Below are positions 60,821 to 64,000 of a stretch of DNA of 64,000 nucleotides, piece by piece. Every line of letters begins with the position of its first letter. Position 1 is the first letter of the stretch. Position numbers and translations under genes: made by a program. Under the pieces are notes generated by a model. It saw nothing but the letters and a program-made list of their open reading frames with translations. It was not told where the DNA came from and did not search any database. The DNA is from Dipteris shenzhenensis (lineage: Eukaryota). Location: the NCBI GenBank assembly GCA_047967505.1, contig CM106538.1; one strand, 5' to 3'.

Positions 60821-62385
60821 TGATTTTATTGGCAGTATGATAATGGAACAAGTGCCAATGCACATGTGAGTTTAGGATTCCTAGTGCCATTTTTCAAGTC
60901 TTGGTATGAGATAGGCAACACTGCCATTCTCTGCAAAGTGACATGAAGATTGACATGAATCCATATGATTTCTATCCAAGAAAGACTATGATCACTACAT
61001 AGGAGGAAGGTTGAATTTCCCTATTCTACCCTATACATTTCAAAGATGAATTTACTCTATACTTAGAGATTGGCATCTGAAAGATGAGTATCTTGCCATA
61101 ATCTACCCTATACATTTTGTGCCACTATAGTAGTCGGAGAATGGCATTTAGAAGCTGAATTTCACATTTTTTGCTATATTGTGCGCTATGTATTGATCAT
61201 ATATATTTAAGAGAATGGAATATCAAAGATTAGTTTCTTATTTCTTGCAAGCCCACCAATGTGCAGTGTCATGTGATCAATAGGGTAGTGGCATTCCAAT
61301 GAATATTGGCACTGGGAGAGTGGCATCGGTGCCAATCTATATGTAAGTTTAGGGTTCATAGTGCTACTTTCCAGGTTCCAGCTTGAGATTGGCACCACTG
61401 CCATTCTCCATTGGTGTTTTGGAGGATGGCACCACTGCCATTGTCCACCAGTGGAACATAGAAGAATGCACATGGGACTTTAGGCTTCTCAGTCCCATTT
61501 TCTAGGGCCCAATAAGAGACCAGCACCACTCTCATTCTCTAGTGGTAGAAATGTTTACCGTAATATTCTAGGTTGGGTATTCCAGTGATCATAGGAGAGT
61601 GGCACTAGGTTCCAATTGACATGTGAGTTTGGGGTTCTCAGTGCCATTTTCTAGGTCCCAGCATCAGATTGGCATCACTGCCATTCTCCATTGGTGGCAA
61701 TCTGCACAAACTCAACATGTAGATTGGCATTCCACTGATTTTATTGGCAGTAGGATAATGGCACAACTGCCAATGCACATGTGAGTTTAGGATTCCTAGT
61801 GCCATTTTTCAAGTCTTGGTATGAGATTGGCAACACTTCCGTTCTCTACTGGTGGCATCTGCAGAAAGTGACATGGAGATTGACACAAAACCATATGATC
61901 TCTACAAAGGAGAGACTATGATCACTACATAGGAGGAAAGTTGAATATCCCTAATCTACTCTATATATTTCAAAGATGAATTTACTGTATAGTTGTTGGA
62001 AACTGGCATCTGAAAGATGAGTATCTTGCCATAATCTACCCTATACATTTTGTGGCAGTATAGCAGTGGGAGAATGGCATTGAAAAGCTGAATGTCACAT
62101 TTTTGGCTATATTATGCCTTATGTATATCATTGAGAGAATGGAATTTCAAAGATGAATTTCACATTTCTTGCAAGTCTCCAATGTGCAGTGTCATGTGAT
62201 TAGTAGGGTAGTGGCATTCATATTGGCACTATGAGAATGGCACATGTGCCAATCTACATGTAAGTTTAGGGTTCATAGTGCTACTTTCTAGGTTCCACCA
62301 CTGCCATTTTCCATTGGTGTTTTAGAGGATGGCACCTTTGCCATTCTCCACTAGTGGAAAATAGAAGAATGCACATGTGAGTAGG
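60821..62385. repeat. TGGCA/TGCCA-rich repeat block with ~915-bp higher-order duplication
   Basis: 60821-~61478 is repeated at 61736-~62385. Dense short units such as cactgccattctcc. Confidence 0.8.
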
Positions 62386-63102
62386 TCAAACATTTGGGAT
62401 ACCATTTGATCGCGTAAAAAAATTGAGCTTGCATGGGCATGGATTTCTTCAATGAATGGGTGTGTAGTGATCTAGTGCATGCAACAATTGTTTTGTAAGA
62501 ACTCAAATTTGAAAATAAAGAGCATCCGAAATACACATGGAAATTTTCAATGTTGGTGAAACTAAACCACTCAAAAGCAATGTGCAAGATGCAACATCAT
62601 TAAAATTTCTAAATAACTTTCACATGAGTCACGACTTCCGATCCTTAGAATGAATTACTAACTTTCCAAGGCAATGGTATATTACGTCAACTAATTCGTA
62701 TCTCACACTACTATCGCAATCAGTCATGATCTACTATTATAAAGTGAATTTTGTGAAGTCACTATCGAAAAAAGTACGTACCTTTATTTAAAAAAACATA
62801 CTTTTTAAATCCCTGATAAAATAGTACTTTTGTTTGGCTCTATAACCCAAAAATGTCTAAACTTTTGAATTACAAAAAGATTTCTATTATTCAAATTGGA
62901 AAACATGACAAATAACAAAGAATAAGAATCTATTCCATTGAACTAGGAGAGTCCTTTAATCTTTTGATTTAAAATATCAATGTTTTTTTGGTGCAAATGT
63001 CAAGAACTTTTGACTCAAATCCCCATACACATGAATTTCTACATCTTGCAAATTAAGAATGTCCACACAGTGATGGCTCTCACTTTTCTTTTTTTTTTCC
63101 CT

Positions 63103-63357
63103 CTATTTTGTCATCTTTGGATCATACTTTCCCTTGAGTTTATCAATTGAATGAATTCTATACCAATGTACTTCCACAAAAGTAATAACATTGCCCTCAT
63201 AAATAAGCTTTGTGACTTTTACCAACCAAAATGGATGATTTTTTCCATCATCATTAGCAAGAACTGCTGTCATTGTGCCCTCATTTAGCTCATTAACATT
63301 ACCCTCCCATATTTCCTTCTCTTGTAGACAAAGTTTGACTATTGCACTACAATCCAT
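63103..63357 (-). pseudogene. Relic C-terminal domain related to the Sola-like transposase C-terminus
   Basis: LNEGTMTAVLA..HPFWLVKVTKLI..ITFVEVHWY aligns by eye with IEEGLFVAVWA..GPIWVAKVTKIE..ITFTALWY in ORF 34140-36101. Confidence 0.55.
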
Positions 63358-63572
63358 GTTGCTTAGCTCGAACTATTGCACATGCTGTAATGGGTAATAA
63401 GAGCTTGAGTCCCTCCTATGGGATCCAACTTTTAGAGTTGGAATATTATTTGCTCCACTCCATGAGAGTATTTTCATCCTATTTCTCTATTTTAAATTGA
63501 TGTTGAAAGCTATATCATTGAGCTGCACATGTCATAGATACCGTCTCTAGTTCCATATGATCTAAAATCACA

Positions 63573-64000
63573 TGTTGTTGAGAGGAAGAGAAAGAGGAGA
63601 GAGACGGATACAAGAGTTGTGTTGAGAGGAAGAGACAAAGAAGAGAGACCAACACAAGAGTTGCTCCCAACAAAATGATTCTATTCATAGATCATAGGCA
63701 TATATATAGTTGAGGACTAGGTTGAGTTAGGGCAAGCTATATATAGCTCTAACACCCCCACTCAAACTAGGCCCTCTAGCTACGGATGAAAAAACCCTTG
63801 GGGAGTACAAGGGAAAAACCCGAGCCACTATATATATCTATGTGAAAATATATATACAAAGGATGGCCATATGCCAATTTGAATGATACAGTGTAATGCT
63901 GGATGATACAATGCAAATTGCATGTGGATAGTACAAGGAAATAAGACAAGCACTTGTCCATAGTATAGTGCAAAGTACAGGCACTATGTTTGGTGCATGA
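63573..64000 (-). mobile_element. Probable 3' end of a Copia-like LTR element (short LTR ~63573-63754 and PPT), running off the window
   Basis: TGTT...AACA-bounded segment followed by cccccactcaa (rc TTGAGTGGGGG, a Copia-like PPT). Confidence 0.45.

Overview
Repeat-dense eukaryotic DNA, most likely from a land plant. This rests on ASR genes, plant-type CCCTAAA/TTTAGGG repeats and CACTA and chromoviral Ty3/Gypsy elements; a fern or other non-seed plant is my inference. The only clear host genes are two spliced ABA/WDS (ASR-like) paralogs in head-to-head inverted arrangement (25564-26113 minus; 59816-60352 plus). Between them lies a complete Ty3/Gypsy chromovirus (27835-49408; GGAAG TSD). A 14.7-kb TIR DNA transposon (33547-48235; 27-bp TIRs; GAGG/TGAGGA TSD) is inserted into it exactly at the pol stop codon. 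This nested element is the most unusual object in the window. A compact candidate bidirectional promoter (~41.8 kb) lies between two divergent intron-containing genes. One is a Sola-like DDE transposase. The other is an intact ~1134-aa protein with a ParB/Sulfiredoxin-like DGQH motif and what looks like a catalytically degenerate N4/N6 DNA-methyltransferase fold. The long first introns of both genes carry about 20 copies of one 16-bp palindrome (TGTTGC-N4-GCAACA, reminiscent of bacterial parS). These copies sit in three unrelated backgrounds: a telomere-repeat-capped fold-back, an AT-rich tandem array and an extremely GC-rich tract. The rest of the window is decayed LINE, LTR, CACTA and MITE debris. 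Domain calls were made by eye and need HMM or structure confirmation.
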